This document shows positions 56,104 through 64,000 of a stretch of 64,000 nucleotides of DNA, piece after piece; position 1 is the first letter of the stretch, and each line of letters opens with the position of its first letter. The DNA is taken from assembly GCA_039024635.1 (NCBI GenBank), contig JBCCQA010000005.1, positions 103,729 to 167,728 of the forward strand, written 5' to 3'. The translations under genes and the position numbers were made by a program. This stretch comes from Myxococcota bacterium. GTDB taxonomy: Bacteria > Myxococcota > Kuafuiibacteriia > Kuafuiibacteriales > Kuafuiibacteriaceae. Below the pieces are notes generated by a model that was not told where the DNA came from, searched no databases, and saw only the letters and a program-made list of their open reading frames with translations.

Positions 56104-59007
56104 ATGCGCTGGGTTTGGTTGGGGGCCGTCTTCCTCGCAGCCTGCGACGGCACGCCGCCGTCCTTGGGGCCCCCCGAGACCAATCTCCGGGTCGAGCCCG
56201 ATGCGGTCGAGCTTGGCGAGCTTCTCGTGGCTCGTCCACGGACCGTCTCCCTTCAGGTTCGAAACGTGGGCGCCCAGGTGGGGCGCTTCGAGGGGCCCCA
56301 GCTTCTGGCGGCGAGTGGCGTTGAGCTTGGATTCGAAAGCGCCGACCGCAGCCTCGGGCCCGGGACTTCGCAAGAGATTGCCATCGAAGTGAACCCCATC
56401 GCGGTGGGTGAGCTTCGTGCTACGCTCCGATTTCGGGTCCAGCAGGGCGCCGAGATGGTGGTCCAGGACGTGCCCATCTCGGCCGAAGTCCTGCCCCGGC
56501 AGCTGGCCTTCTCGAGCGAGCGGCTGGAGTTTGGTCCCATGCTCGTGGGCACCGAGCTCGTCGAGGTGCTCGACCTGAGCAACGGTACCGAGGCGGAGGA
56601 GCAACTGGAGCTGTTCGAGCTGGTCGGTGCGGAGCCGTGTTCCGACGAGGTCCGACAGCCATTCTGCATGGAGGCCGTGGACGCCGATGCGCTGTCCGAG
56701 GACGGGATCCTGCGCGTGCCGCCCTTGGCCAGCGCGGCCCTTCGCGTGCGCTATCGCCCTCAGATGCCGGGTCCCTCGATGGGCCGGCTTTCCCTTCGGG
56801 CCTGCCAGGGGGACCCGTCCTGTCTCTTGGCTCTGGACCTGCGGGGGGAAGGCGTGGGCCGGGCGCTGCGGTGTGAGCCCGATAGCGTCGACTTCGGATC
56901 GGTCAACCCGGGAGCTTGCGTCGACCGCTCCGTCGACTGCCGAGCCTCGGCGCAGCTCCCCGTCGACCTGTTGCAGCTTCGATTCGCTGCGGAAACGGAC
57001 GTCTTCCGCTCCACGGTGGCGCTCCCGGCTGCCCTGGAGCCGGGTGGTGACGCGCTGGCCATTCCCATCAGCTTCTGTCCAGATGGAGGTGGCGCCTTCA
57101 GCGGCGCACTGAGCCTCGACTTCGCTTTCGGGGATGGCGGGAACGAGTCTCTGAGCATCACGCTCGTTGGCCAGGGGGGCGGGCCTGACATCGAAGTCCT
57201 GCCGAGCGAGCTCGACTTCGGGAGAGTCGCCGTGGGCGTTCCGAGTCGTCGCTTCTTGACCGTGTCCAACGGGGGCACCGAGGACGTCGCCGTCCTGGCG
57301 GCTTCCTCTGACAGTGAAGATCTGAGCTTCGTCAACGGAGAGGCGGAGGTGCTTTCGCCCGGAAGTAGCCGCCAGCTCGAGGTCGTCGTCACCGCCCAGT
57401 CGGTCGGGGCAGGGCTCGCCACTGTCGGGTTGTCCTCCAACGATCGAGACGAGCCCACCGTCGAGGTTCCCGTCCGATTCGACGCCTTGGCGCTCGAACC
57501 CTGCCAGCTTGCATCGCCCGGTCCGACGATCGACTTTGGAGACCTTCAGACCGGAAGGACGACGCGCCTTCCCGCGCTCTACACGAACGAAGGTGATGGC
57601 CCGTGCCTGCTGACTTTGTTCGATCTGGGCTCGGACGTGATGGGGGCAGGGCAGAGGGTTGATCAGCGCTTGGTGCCGCCGGGTGCGAGTGCGCTCTTCG
57701 AGCTTAGCTTCACCTCGGCCCGGCTAGGGTTGAGCACCGAGCAGCTGCTGCTGGAGGTCTCGGACCCTGCAGAACCTGTTCAGTTCCTTCAGCTAGAAGG
57801 ACGCGGCGTGAACGAGACCCCTCGAACGTTCCCCGCGGCCTTCGACTTCGGGACGAGCAATCAGGCTTGTGGTCGTCGCGAATCCACGCTTCGGCTTTGG
57901 CCAGTTCCCACCCAGACCCAGTCCTTGGTCGGCGGTCGCGTCATAGGTAAAGGCTTCACACTCACCCTCCCTGCTCTGCCCGTGGAGCTGGCGGGGGATG
58001 CACCTCTGGCGTTGACCGTGGCCTTCGATCCCCAAAGGACTGGCCTTCACGGGGGTCGATTGGAGCTGGACGTCGAGGGCGTAGCCAGCGGTCAGCTCAC
58101 GAGGATCGTCCTGCCGATTCGGGCCGAGCGGGCCGAGGCTTCGCCCACCATCCAGAGGTTCGAGCTACCTCGAAAACAGGACCTGCTCTTCGTCATCGAC
58201 GACAGCGCCTCCAGCTATAGCAACGCCATCCTCCCCGAAGAGGCGGACATCATCTTCGGTTTCCTGGAAGGCACCCAGGTCGACTACCGAATCGCCATCA
58301 CTGGCTCGACTTTGGGGACCTCCGATGGGCCCTTTCAGGCCTTCGATCAGGCGCCGACCCCCACGCTCATCCTGACCCCCGGCTACGCCGGCGATCCGGC
58401 CCAGGCCTTCGCCGACACCGTTCGCTTCGGCGGCAACGGCGCAATAGAGCGCATCTTCGGGGCTGCTTTCCACGCCTTGAGCCTGCCTCTCCGCAGCGGG
58501 CGAAACGCTGGCTTTCGGCGCCCCGACGCCGCCCTCCTTGTCATCCTGATGACCGAAGAGAGCGAGCAGTCGCCCCAGAGCGTCGAATTCTACGCCGACT
58601 TCCTCCGCTGGGAGGCGGGCCTGGACCCAGACTGGGTCCGCGTGGCCGCCTTCAGCGGAGGGCGAGACGGTCTGCCCGGAGTGGCCCCCGCCCCGAGGAT
58701 GGTCGAGCTGGCCACGGAAGTGGACGGCCTCAGCGTGGTCGCCAGACCCTTCGTCGACCCTTTCCACCTGGACTTTGAGCAGGTCGCCGACGAGCTCATC
58801 GCGAGCCGCAGCTCTTTGCGACTCCGTCAGCTGCCCGCGCCCGACTCCATCCAAGTCGCCGTAGGCGGACAGATTCTCGACGGGCCGAACGCGCCTTCAC
58901 CCCAGTGGAGCTGGGACCCGCTTCGAAATCGGGTGCTGTTCGAAGCCGATGCGGCGCCCCGCATACAAGAACAGGTGGAGCTGCGCTACACCCAGCGATG
59001 CGACTGA
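56104..59007 (+). CDS. Large secreted lipoprotein with repeated beta domains
   Basis: Start refined to MRWVWLGAVFLAACDG (lipobox); about 967 aa. It has repeated roughly 100-aa beta-rich modules and a C-terminal region with LLFVIDDSASS. Confidence 0.55.
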   Translation: MRWVWLGAVFLAACDGTPPSLGPPETNLRVEPDAVELGELLVARPRTVSLQVRNVGAQVGRFEGPQLLAASGVELGFESADRSLGPGTSQEIAIEVNPIAVGELRATLRFRVQQGAEMVVQDVPISAEVLPRQLAFSSERLEFGPMLVGTELVEVLDLSNGTEAEEQLELFELVGAEPCSDEVRQPFCMEAVDADALSEDGILRVPPLASAALRVRYRPQMPGPSMGRLSLRACQGDPSCLLALDLRGEGVGRALRCEPDSVDFGSVNPGACVDRSVDCRASAQLPVDLLQLRFAAETDVFRSTVALPAALEPGGDALAIPISFCPDGGGAFSGALSLDFAFGDGGNESLSITLVGQGGGPDIEVLPSELDFGRVAVGVPSRRFLTVSNGGTEDVAVLAASSDSEDLSFVNGEAEVLSPGSSRQLEVVVTAQSVGAGLATVGLSSNDRDEPTVEVPVRFDALALEPCQLASPGPTIDFGDLQTGRTTRLPALYTNEGDGPCLLTLFDLGSDVMGAGQRVDQRLVPPGASALFELSFTSARLGLSTEQLLLEVSDPAEPVQFLQLEGRGVNETPRTFPAAFDFGTSNQACGRRESTLRLWPVPTQTQSLVGGRVIGKGFTLTLPALPVELAGDAPLALTVAFDPQRTGLHGGRLELDVEGVASGQLTRIVLPIRAERAEASPTIQRFELPRKQDLLFVIDDSASSYSNAILPEEADIIFGFLEGTQVDYRIAITGSTLGTSDGPFQAFDQAPTPTLILTPGYAGDPAQAFADTVRFGGNGAIERIFGAAFHALSLPLRSGRNAGFRRPDAALLVILMTEESEQSPQSVEFYADFLRWEAGLDPDWVRVAAFSGGRDGLPGVAPAPRMVELATEVDGLSVVARPFVDPFHLDFEQVADELIASRSSLRLRQLPAPDSIQVAVGGQILDGPNAPSPQWSWDPLRNRVLFEADAAPRIQEQVELRYTQRCD

Positions 59008-59011
59008 AGGC

Positions 59012-60088
59012 TCAGCTCGACATCACGTCTTCGAGGTTCCGCAAGACCTCCTTGCGCCACCGGACGAAGTCCGAGGTGCCGCTCAGCATCTTGCGCGTCT
59101 CTTCCAAAGCGTCGGCCAAAGGCACGTAGGCCACCCGAGGGTCCTTGCTGATTTCGCCCACCCCTGAGGGGAGGCTGGCCGGGCCCCAGGCCGTCATCAT
59201 GTCGGTCTTGCCTTCGAGTAGGCCGCGGACAGCAGCGTTGCCGAGCCGGTTTCCGATCTGTCGGTCCAGGGCGGAAGGTCGGCCGCCTCGTACGACGTGA
59301 CCCAGCACCGTGACCCGAAGATCCATGCGCAGCTTCTCCTCCCGAATCTTGGCCTCGACGTCGTTGCGCAGCTCTTCCAGCGAAACCGAGACGCCCTCCG
59401 CCTTCAGGATGATGGCGTGCCGGCGGCTGTCGACTCGTGCGTCGGCTTTTCGCACGGCGCGCAGCACGGCTTCGGCCAGATCGCTTCGACTCTTGCCGTC
59501 CTCGGGGTACAGCACCGCGTGGGCGCCGGCCGAAACGGCAGCCGCCATGGCCAAGTAGCCGCAGTCGCGACCCATGACTTCGAGGATAAAGGCGCGGCCG
59601 TGGGAGCCCGCGGTGTCGGCCAACTTGTCGCAGGCGTCGACGATGGTGTTGATGGCAGTATCCACACCCAGCGCGAGTCGGGTCAGGCCGATGTCGTTGT
59701 CGATGGAGGCGGGGATGCCCAAGCCGCGCAGGGCCTGACCGCCCCGCTCGGCTGGATCCAGTAGCCGGGTCAGCCCGGTGAGGCTCCCGTTCCCGCCGAT
59801 GACGATGAGGCCTTCGATGTTGGCCTGGGCCAGAGCGGCCCGCGCTTGATCGCGACCTGCTCGCTCTCGGAAGGCGGCGCTTCGGGCCGAACCGAGGACC
59901 GTGCCCCCCCGCCCCTGAAGGCTGCCGACTTCCTCGGCGCCCAGGGGGATGAATGCCCCCTCCATCAAGCCTTCGTAGCCTCGACGAACGCCGAGCATCT
60001 CGACGCCCAGAGCACGGGCGACCAGGGTCGCTGCCCGAATGGCGGAGTTCATCCCGGGCGCGTCGCCCCCGCTGGTCAATATCGCCGC
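59012..60088 (-). CDS. pfkA: 6-phosphofructokinase
   Basis: Start refined to MMRAAILTSGGDAPGMN. Other PFK motifs are GGNGS, SIDNDI and MGRDCGYLA. The upstream part of the long ORF is Arg/Pro-rich junk. Confidence 0.85.
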   Translation of the reverse strand, partial: AAILTSGGDAPGMNSAIRAATLVARALGVEMLGVRRGYEGLMEGAFIPLGAEEVGSLQGRGGTVLGSARSAAFRERAGRDQARAALAQANIEGLIVIGGNGSLTGLTRLLDPAERGGQALRGLGIPASIDNDIGLTRLALGVDTAINTIVDACDKLADTAGSHGRAFILEVMGRDCGYLAMAAAVSAGAHAVLYPEDGKSRSDLAEAVLRAVRKADARVDSRRHAIILKAEGVSVSLEELRNDVEAKIREEKLRMDLRVTVLGHVVRGGRPSALDRQIGNRLGNAAVRGLLEGKTDMMTAWGPASLPSGVGEISKDPRVAYVPLADALEETRKMLSGTSDFVRWRKEVLRNLEDVMSS

Positions 60089-60186
60089 CCGCATCATGGC
60101 TCGAATCGAAACGGCGTCCTCGAGCGCCTCTTCATCGAGCCCGCTCCGCGGCTCAAGGCCGGGCCCCGGGTGCCGATGAATTTTCC

Positions 60187-60768
60187 GTGTCCTATCATGC
60201 CCGAGGCCCGGAGTCCGACTCCCCGGGCCTGCGGGACCATTTCGTGGAGCGGTCGGCGCGGCATTGGCTGTTGCTGGGCGTCTCCGAGGGTCTGGAAGGC
60301 CTGAGCCGCCGTCTCCAGCTCGAAATCGAAGCGGAAGAGCTCGAACCCGGCCCCCCTCTGCCCGACGCCTGGGTCCAGGACTGGAGGGGTGAGGCTTCGG
60401 CTCGGCTGTGCATGCACATGTCGCCGGAGGCGGAGGACGACTTGGTCCATGCGGTGCTTGCCGTCTCCGGACCCCATGTCGAGCCCTCTCGTGAGATTGT
60501 GGTCGAGGCCTCGAACGTCCTTTTGAACGGTCTGTCTTTGGTCCTATCTCGAGCCCTGGGCCTCCAGGTCCGCTGCGGCCTGCCCCGGCGTCTGGCCGAA
60601 GGCGAAGACCACTGGGAGCTGATGCGGACCAGCTGGGCCGCATGGCTGGGAAATGAGCGCTTCGCCTTTCAGGTCAGCGTGGCCGTGGCTCAGGACGAGC
60701 TGGAGAACATCAGGCGTCGGCTTCGAGAGAGCGCCGACCTGTTCGCGGAAGTCGGGTTGCCGGCATGA
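60187..60768 (+). CDS. Hypothetical protein coupled to the EAL-domain gene
   Basis: About 193 aa from a GTG start. Its stop overlaps the next ATG (ATGA). Confidence 0.4.
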   Translation: MSYHARGPESDSPGLRDHFVERSARHWLLLGVSEGLEGLSRRLQLEIEAEELEPGPPLPDAWVQDWRGEASARLCMHMSPEAEDDLVHAVLAVSGPHVEPSREIVVEASNVLLNGLSLVLSRALGLQVRCGLPRRLAEGEDHWELMRTSWAAWLGNERFAFQVSVAVAQDELENIRRRLRESADLFAEVGLPA

Positions 60769-62558
60769 ACCCGGACGTTCGCCTTCTTCGCCAGGCTCTA
60801 GACGTCGTCCAGGAAGGGGTCCTCTTCATCGACGATGAGGGTCGGGTACAATGGTGCAACCAGACCTTGGCCCTATGGGGCGGCTTTGCGGCCGAGGCCA
60901 TCGAAGGCCAAGCCTGGGCCCAGGTGTTCGACGAAGCGCCGGGCCTGGGTGCCCGAGGCGCGGTCGAAGATGCGCTGAGGACCGGACGATCCTCGATTCT
61001 CACCCCAGCTCTTCATGAAGGACCGCTTCCGTTGACCGGTCCGCGCCTCGCCCACCGACTGCGCCAGCGCCTAATGGTCGAGCCCGTCGACGGCGGATGC
61101 TTGCTTCGGGTCCAGGACGCGAGCGAGCTCCTGGACCGAGAAGCGCGCTTGGCCGCCCAGCGCAGCCAGCTCGAACAGCAACAGCGGGCGCTCCGGCAGC
61201 AAGAAGACGCCATCAAGCGGGCGGCTCATTTCGACGCCGTGACGGGCTTGCTCAACCGTGGCCAGCTCCAGCAGCTCATGACGGAGGCGGTGGTCCGAGC
61301 CACCGAGGACGGCGGCAAGGGCGCCGTCGTCGTGTTCGACATCGACGGCTGGCGTCAGGTGAACGAGAGCTTCGGGACCGGGACAGCCGATGGCATCCTT
61401 CGTCGGCTCGGAAATCGACTCACCCGCACCCTTCGAGCTCAAGACGTGGTCGGACGCCTCGGCGCCGACGTCTTCTTGGCCATCTTGGAAGACCTCGACT
61501 CGGGCGAGGCCAAAGAGATCATCCGCACCGCGCTTCTTTGCCTCCAACGACCTATGCTCGTCGACGGTCAGGAGCTCTCGGTCACCGCCAGCGGGGGCGT
61601 CACCTTCTATCCTCGCCACGGCAAAGAGCCCGAGGGTCTGATCGCCCAGGCCGAGATGGCGGTTCGGCAAGCCAAGCGGCAGGGCCGAAACAGTCTCCAA
61701 GTCTTCACCCGTGGGATGCGGCACTCCCAGACCGATCGAGCCCGGCTGCTTTCCGCCCTGCAGCGCGCCACCGACGCTCAGGATTTTCGTTTGGTCTACC
61801 AACCCCAGATCGATCTGGAGACCCGCGCCGTCTCCGGGGTCGAAGCACTGCTGCGCTGGAGCCATCCCGAACATGGGCCGGTTGGGCCGGACCGCTTCGT
61901 CCCCATCCTCGAAGACAGCGGACTCATCCATCAGGTCGGGACTTGGGTCCTTCACGAGGCCTGTCGCCAGGCGGTGATCTGGCGAGACGCAGGCATGTCC
62001 TTGCGAGTCGCCGTCAACGTGTCGGCCCATCAGTTCTTGGCTCGGGCTTTCGACAAGACGGTGCTGGGTGCGCTGGAGGAGCACGGCTTGGAGCCTGAGC
62101 TACTCGAGGTGGAGCTGACCGAGTCCCTCCTCATGCAGGATGTAACGGCGAGTCGGCGGATGCTGGAGGCGCTGTCCAAAGAAGGGCTGCAGCTCGCGGT
62201 CGACGATTTCGGGACGGGCTACTCCTCCCTTGCCCACCTGCGGCGTTTCCCTGTGGATGCCCTCAAGATCGACCGGGCCTTCACCTCCGAAGTCCACGAA
62301 CCCGAAGGCCAGGCCATCGTCCGAACGATCATCGGTTTGGGGAGCGTCCTCGACTTGAGGGTGGTGGCAGAAGGCGTCGAGACCGAGGAGCAGGCTGACT
62401 TCCTGCGAAACGAAGGCTGCCACGACATCCAGGGCTACTGGGCCGGCCGGCCTATGGAGCCCCTTACGCTGGCAACATGGTACCGGACCTGGCCCCGAGG
62501 ACAGGTCCCGGGGATTGAGAGCCAGCTCACAGTTCCGGAAGCGCGCACGGTTCGCTAA
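60765..62558 (+). CDS. PAS - degenerate GGDEF - EAL c-di-GMP phosphodiesterase
   Basis: N-terminal PAS-like region. The GGDEF position reads RLGADVF, which is degenerate. EAL motifs EALLRW, DDFGTGYSS and EGVETEEQ are intact. Confidence 0.8.
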   Translation: MNPDVRLLRQALDVVQEGVLFIDDEGRVQWCNQTLALWGGFAAEAIEGQAWAQVFDEAPGLGARGAVEDALRTGRSSILTPALHEGPLPLTGPRLAHRLRQRLMVEPVDGGCLLRVQDASELLDREARLAAQRSQLEQQQRALRQQEDAIKRAAHFDAVTGLLNRGQLQQLMTEAVVRATEDGGKGAVVVFDIDGWRQVNESFGTGTADGILRRLGNRLTRTLRAQDVVGRLGADVFLAILEDLDSGEAKEIIRTALLCLQRPMLVDGQELSVTASGGVTFYPRHGKEPEGLIAQAEMAVRQAKRQGRNSLQVFTRGMRHSQTDRARLLSALQRATDAQDFRLVYQPQIDLETRAVSGVEALLRWSHPEHGPVGPDRFVPILEDSGLIHQVGTWVLHEACRQAVIWRDAGMSLRVAVNVSAHQFLARAFDKTVLGALEEHGLEPELLEVELTESLLMQDVTASRRMLEALSKEGLQLAVDDFGTGYSSLAHLRRFPVDALKIDRAFTSEVHEPEGQAIVRTIIGLGSVLDLRVVAEGVETEEQADFLRNEGCHDIQGYWAGRPMEPLTLATWYRTWPRGQVPGIESQLTVPEARTVR

Positions 62559-62571
62559 TTCTCCCGCCGTC

Positions 62572-63879
62572 ATGAACCTCATTGGGTTTCGGCGAGAGGA
62601 CAAGAGCCCCCACGAACGACGGATCCCTCTCGTGCCGAAAGACCTGCAGGCGCTCCAGGCCGAACACGGGGCCCGCTTCCTGGTCCAGTCCTCCCCACAG
62701 CGGGCCTTTCCGACGGAAGACTTCGAAGCGGTCGGCATCAACGTGGTCGAAGACCTCGACGCCGCCGACGTGATCATGGGCGTCAAAGAGGTTCCTTCGG
62801 AGGCGGTGCGGCCCGGCAAGACCTACGTCTTTTTCAGCCATACCATCAAGGGCCAGGCCTACAACATGAGGCTCCTTCGGACCCTGATGGAGAATAGATG
62901 CACGCTCATCGACTACGAGCGAATCGTGGACGACGCGGATCAACGCTTGGTGGCTTTCGGGCGCCACGCGGGTCTGGCCGGGGCCATCAATTCGCTTTGG
63001 GCCCTCGGTCGCGCCTGGGCCCACGCAAAGCGACGAACGCCCCTCTTGGATTTAAAGCTCGCCCACGAGTACGGCCATTCGGCTCAGGCACGCGCCGCCA
63101 TCACAGAGGTGGCCCAGGCTTGTTTCGCCGATCCGGCTTTTCAGGCCCTTCCCGCCGTCATCGGCGTCACGGGTTCGGGCCGGGTGGCCCAAGGCGCGCA
63201 TGAAATCTTGGATGCGCTGGCGCCCGACGAACTCCCACCGGACGAGCTCTCGGCTGCGTCACCGGGACGCTTCAGCCGAGTGCGCTTCGAAGAGTCTCAC
63301 TTTGCCGAACGGAGGGACGCTGCACCCTTCGAACTCGAAGACTACTACGCGCGACCCGAGGCCTACCGGGGCGTGTTCGAAGCCCGCTACGCCGCTCAGC
63401 TCGACCTGCTGATCAACGGCATCTACTGGGAGCCTCGCTATCCACGTTTGATCTCCCGAACTGGAACCCGCTCAATGTACAGCCGGCCCCAGCCCAGGTT
63501 GGCCGCCATCGGGGACATCAGCTGTGACATTGGCGGGTCGATCGAGTTGACCGCGATGGCCACCACCCCCAACGACCCGGTCTACACCTGGGACACCCGA
63601 ACCGACCGGGTCCGACAACCCGGGAAGGGCACCGGACCTTTGATGATGACGGTGGACATTCTGCCCACCGAACTCCCCATCGAGGCCTCGGAGGCCTTCT
63701 CGACCGCCCTCCGACCCCTGATGAAGGACTTGCTAAGCCATGACTTTGCTCAAGACTTGGAAGGTCTGCGGCCGGAGCTTCGGAAGGCGTGCATTCTCGA
63801 CCGAGGCCAGCTCACACCCGAGTACGACTATCTCATGGAGGCTGTGGAGCGGGACACGGGTAGCTTTCCCGGTGTCTGA
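62572..63879 (+). CDS. Saccharopine dehydrogenase / AlaDH-PNT-fold dehydrogenase (Lys1/LKR-like)
   Basis: Start at MNLIGFRREDKSPHERRIPLVP, which is typical of this family's N-terminus. The Rossmann region reads VIGVTGSGRVAQGA. Confidence 0.5.
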   Translation: MNLIGFRREDKSPHERRIPLVPKDLQALQAEHGARFLVQSSPQRAFPTEDFEAVGINVVEDLDAADVIMGVKEVPSEAVRPGKTYVFFSHTIKGQAYNMRLLRTLMENRCTLIDYERIVDDADQRLVAFGRHAGLAGAINSLWALGRAWAHAKRRTPLLDLKLAHEYGHSAQARAAITEVAQACFADPAFQALPAVIGVTGSGRVAQGAHEILDALAPDELPPDELSAASPGRFSRVRFEESHFAERRDAAPFELEDYYARPEAYRGVFEARYAAQLDLLINGIYWEPRYPRLISRTGTRSMYSRPQPRLAAIGDISCDIGGSIELTAMATTPNDPVYTWDTRTDRVRQPGKGTGPLMMTVDILPTELPIEASEAFSTALRPLMKDLLSHDFAQDLEGLRPELRKACILDRGQLTPEYDYLMEAVERDTGSFPGV

Positions 63880-64000
63880 CGGAATGAGACCAACTACCAA
63901 GGCCAAGCTTCACGTTGACCTGACCCTTTGAATCTAATCAAACGGCGCGTTCGGCGAGGTCTTGTTTGATGAGGTCCTCGGCTGAGTCCAGCCGTCTCTG

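Noticed and set aside
59012-60643. 543-aa form of the phosphofructokinase ORF
   Set aside because: The upstream 180 residues are Arg/Pro/Gly-rich. PFK conserved N-terminus MMRAAILTSGGDAPGMN begins at the internal ATG near 60088.

Overview
The window is a high-GC (about 68-70%) bacterial chromosome segment. The content points to Myxococcota: eukaryote-like Ser/Thr kinases fused to WD40 repeats, HEAT-repeat proteins and many lipoproteins with Cys lipoboxes. Positions 1-24059 are a tailed-phage (siphovirus-like) prophage encoded entirely on the minus strand. Reading from high to low coordinates, it runs tyrosine integrase, early/recombination genes, terminase, portal, capsid, tail. Its tail end runs off the left edge of the window. 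The early region carries a MazG-like protein, a Rad52-type annealase, a Dam-like MTase and a replication protein with internal iterons. The tail region carries a tail-chaperone pair whose frames imply a programmed frameshift. Directly beside the integrase lies a tightly coupled four-gene minus-strand operon at 24730-33640: an NfeD-like membrane protein, a flotillin (SPFH), a 1706-aa coiled-coil protein with a single AAA_5-type ATPase domain, and a membrane-anchored periplasmic protein. I cannot assign this combination to any characterised system, and it is my top candidate for something new. Divergent from it is a HEAT-repeat / Ser-Thr-kinase-WD40 / 703-aa helical protein operon. Downstream is a second membrane Ser/Thr kinase followed by two coupled paralogous Hsp90/MORC/sacsin-like GHKL ATPases; one is membrane-embedded and the other carries a C-terminal HExxH motif. 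The rest is housekeeping and surface genes: nuoG-H-I (no nuoJ-N follows), large lipoproteins (one with a PPC domain), a short low-GC islet, pfkA, a PAS-degenerate-GGDEF-EAL protein and a saccharopine-dehydrogenase-like gene. Most long plus-strand ORFs in the phage region and the long minus-strand ORFs over 36-41 kb are antisense artefacts of the high GC. The supplied ORF track uses the longest ORF with alternative start codons, so where sequence supported it I moved starts inward. Refined starts are approximate to a few nucleotides.
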